Both the position numbers and the translations under genes were made by a program. Below the pieces are notes generated by a model. That model was not told where the DNA came from. It did not search any database and saw only the letters and a list, made by a program, of their open reading frames with translations. From Nitrospirota bacterium (GTDB lineage: Bacteria; Nitrospirota; Nitrospiria; Nitrospirales; NS-4), in the NCBI GenBank assembly GCA_963788195.1, contig CAWBGA010000002.1, positions 256,001-320,000 on the forward strand: a stretch of 64,000 bases of DNA, written 5' to 3'. Positions 62,938 to 64,000 of this stretch are shown here, piece by piece. Positions within the stretch are counted from its first letter, which is position 1, and each line of letters starts with the position of its first letter.

Positions 62938-63303
62938 ATGCAGATCGAGCGGTCGGTCTTCAAAGGGGCCATTGTCGTCAGGATCGAGGGTCGCTTTGAA
63001 TTCGGCACCCGTCAAGAGTATAAGCGCTTGATCGGCCAGATCGTGCAAGAAGGGCATCGGCGCTTGGTCGTAGATCTGGAAGGGGTCACGTTTCTGGACA
63101 GTTCCGCACTGGGGCTGCTTCTCCTCACCCACCAGAACTTCAAACTCAAGAAAGGCACGGTGAGCCTGGTCAAGCCGACCGGCTATGTCCGCCAGGTGAT
63201 CGAGCTGGCAAATCTCCCGCGTGTCATCCCCGTCTTTGATTCCATAATCGAGGCAACGGCTGAGCCGGCGGAGAAAGTTGTGCTTCGTTCGCCGATAGGC
63301 TGA
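62938..63303 (+). CDS. STAS-domain anti-anti-sigma factor
   Basis: VVRIEGRF, VVDLEGVTFLDSSALGLL with the phospho-acceptor Ser; start could be 62899 or 62923. Confidence 0.9.
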   Translation: MQIERSVFKGAIVVRIEGRFEFGTRQEYKRLIGQIVQEGHRRLVVDLEGVTFLDSSALGLLLLTHQNFKLKKGTVSLVKPTGYVRQVIELANLPRVIPVFDSIIEATAEPAEKVVLRSPIG

Positions 63304-63331
63304 GCATACCGATTCTTCAATAAGGAACGCC

Positions 63332-64000
63332 ATGCCGACTGAACCCTCTGTCAATACTGCCCTGGATTTTCCGCAGGGCTTTTTTTCACTGGCATGTAAG
63401 GAATCACTTAAGGAGTCGCTGGTTGGCCCGCGAAGCAATGGCCCGGTGCCCGAGAGTCATGTGCTCATCGTGGGCGGTGAGAACTCTGCACGGTTATGGG
63501 TCAGCAGACTTCTCGAGCGCCAAGGGCAGACGAAGATCCTCACTGGCTTCCGATATTCAGTCCGCCACGGCCATCCTGCATCATCAACCCTGCGCGGCGC
63601 TGGTGATGAACCTCTCGGCTCACGCACCCGAGGCTCAGGGCTTGCGCTTGAACGGGGTGGCACTCATTTCAAAGGCCAGGACTTTGGATCCCGACGTTCA
63701 GATCATTGTCGTCGTCGATAGATCTGAGCTGCAATTAGGCGTGCAAATGATGCGCGCCGGCGCCTTTGATTGCTTGACGACAGACCAAGCGCCCCAGGAG
63801 ATTGTTTCCTGCATCGTTCGCGCGCTCGGACGCCGGCAGGAGACAATGAACGAGCGGGCATACAACGAACTCCTCGAGCAAGCGGTGTACCAGCGCACCG
63901 GCGAGCTCAACAGCATGGTAGGCGAGCTCGAAGAGGCCTACCGCCAAACGCTGTGGGCGCTGGGGTCCGCTCTGGAAAGCCGGGACGTGGAGACGAACGC
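63332..64000 (+). CDS. RpfG-like pseudo-REC plus HD-GYP protein, 3' truncated, frameshift near 63540
   Basis: VLIVGGE..ALVMNL..MRAGAFDCL..LEQAVYQRTGEL..EEAYRQTLWALGSALESRDVETN, a typical entry into an HD-GYP domain; catalytic motifs lie outside the window; start uncertain. Confidence 0.75.
63359..63386 (+). terminator. Candidate intrinsic terminator after the STAS gene
   Basis: GCCCTG-GATTTTCCG-CAGGGC followed by T7; overlaps the longest possible start of the next ORF. Confidence 0.45.

Noticed and set aside
63390..63406. TGGCAT as a sigma54 -24 element
   Set aside because: No TTGC at the required GG-N10-GC spacing
2850..63545. Programmed ribosomal frameshifting as the cause of split genes
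   Set aside because: Breaks are numerous, hit unrelated conserved genes and lack consistent slippery sites with downstream structure
1..64000. Numerous minus-strand ORFs up to 344 aa (e.g. 24119..25153, 17427..18389, 16503..17390)
   Set aside because: All are antisense shadows of well-supported plus-strand genes in GC-rich DNA and show no recognisable motifs
1..64000. CRISPR arrays, tRNA, rRNA or transposase genes
   Set aside because: No regularly spaced direct repeats, structural RNA signatures or transposase ORFs were seen; the intergenic gaps are short

Overview
A GC-rich bacterial window with every supportable gene on the + strand; gene order and protein style suggest a Nitrospirota-like organism (inference). 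It holds a near-complete flagellar super-cluster: TPR protein, a FlgS/FlgR-like sigma54 two-component pair, flgBC-fliEFGHIJ-motE-fliK-flgDE, fliLMNOPQR-flhBAFG-fliA, and later HTH-motAB-HDOD-GGDEF, flgFGAHIJMNKL, csrA-fliW, an RsbW/STAS pair and a partial HD-GYP regulator. No flagellin, fliD or fliS is in the window. Between fliA and motA sits a ~21 kb non-flagellar block with three parts. (1) A six-gene, translationally coupled operon that looks like a synthase-dependent exopolysaccharide system with an unusual gene set: Hpt-REC-REC-GGDEF(AGEEF)-REC, membrane HEAT-repeat protein, GT2 synthase, exported TIM-barrel-like protein, TPR/YaiO-like beta-barrel and CE4 deacetylase. (2) A chimeric hybrid kinase joining a paralogous copy of the regulator's N-terminus to an AT-richer kinase ending in a degenerate GGDEF domain. 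(3) A Wsp-like chemosensory cluster whose terminal regulator has no output domain. Three sigma54 promoters, four sigma28-like promoters, a consensus sigma70 promoter, a REP-like hairpin family with compensatory changes and a MITE-like inverted repeat are visible. Many genes are split by single-base indels, probably sequencing or assembly errors. All calls come from motif recognition by eye; no database searches were run.
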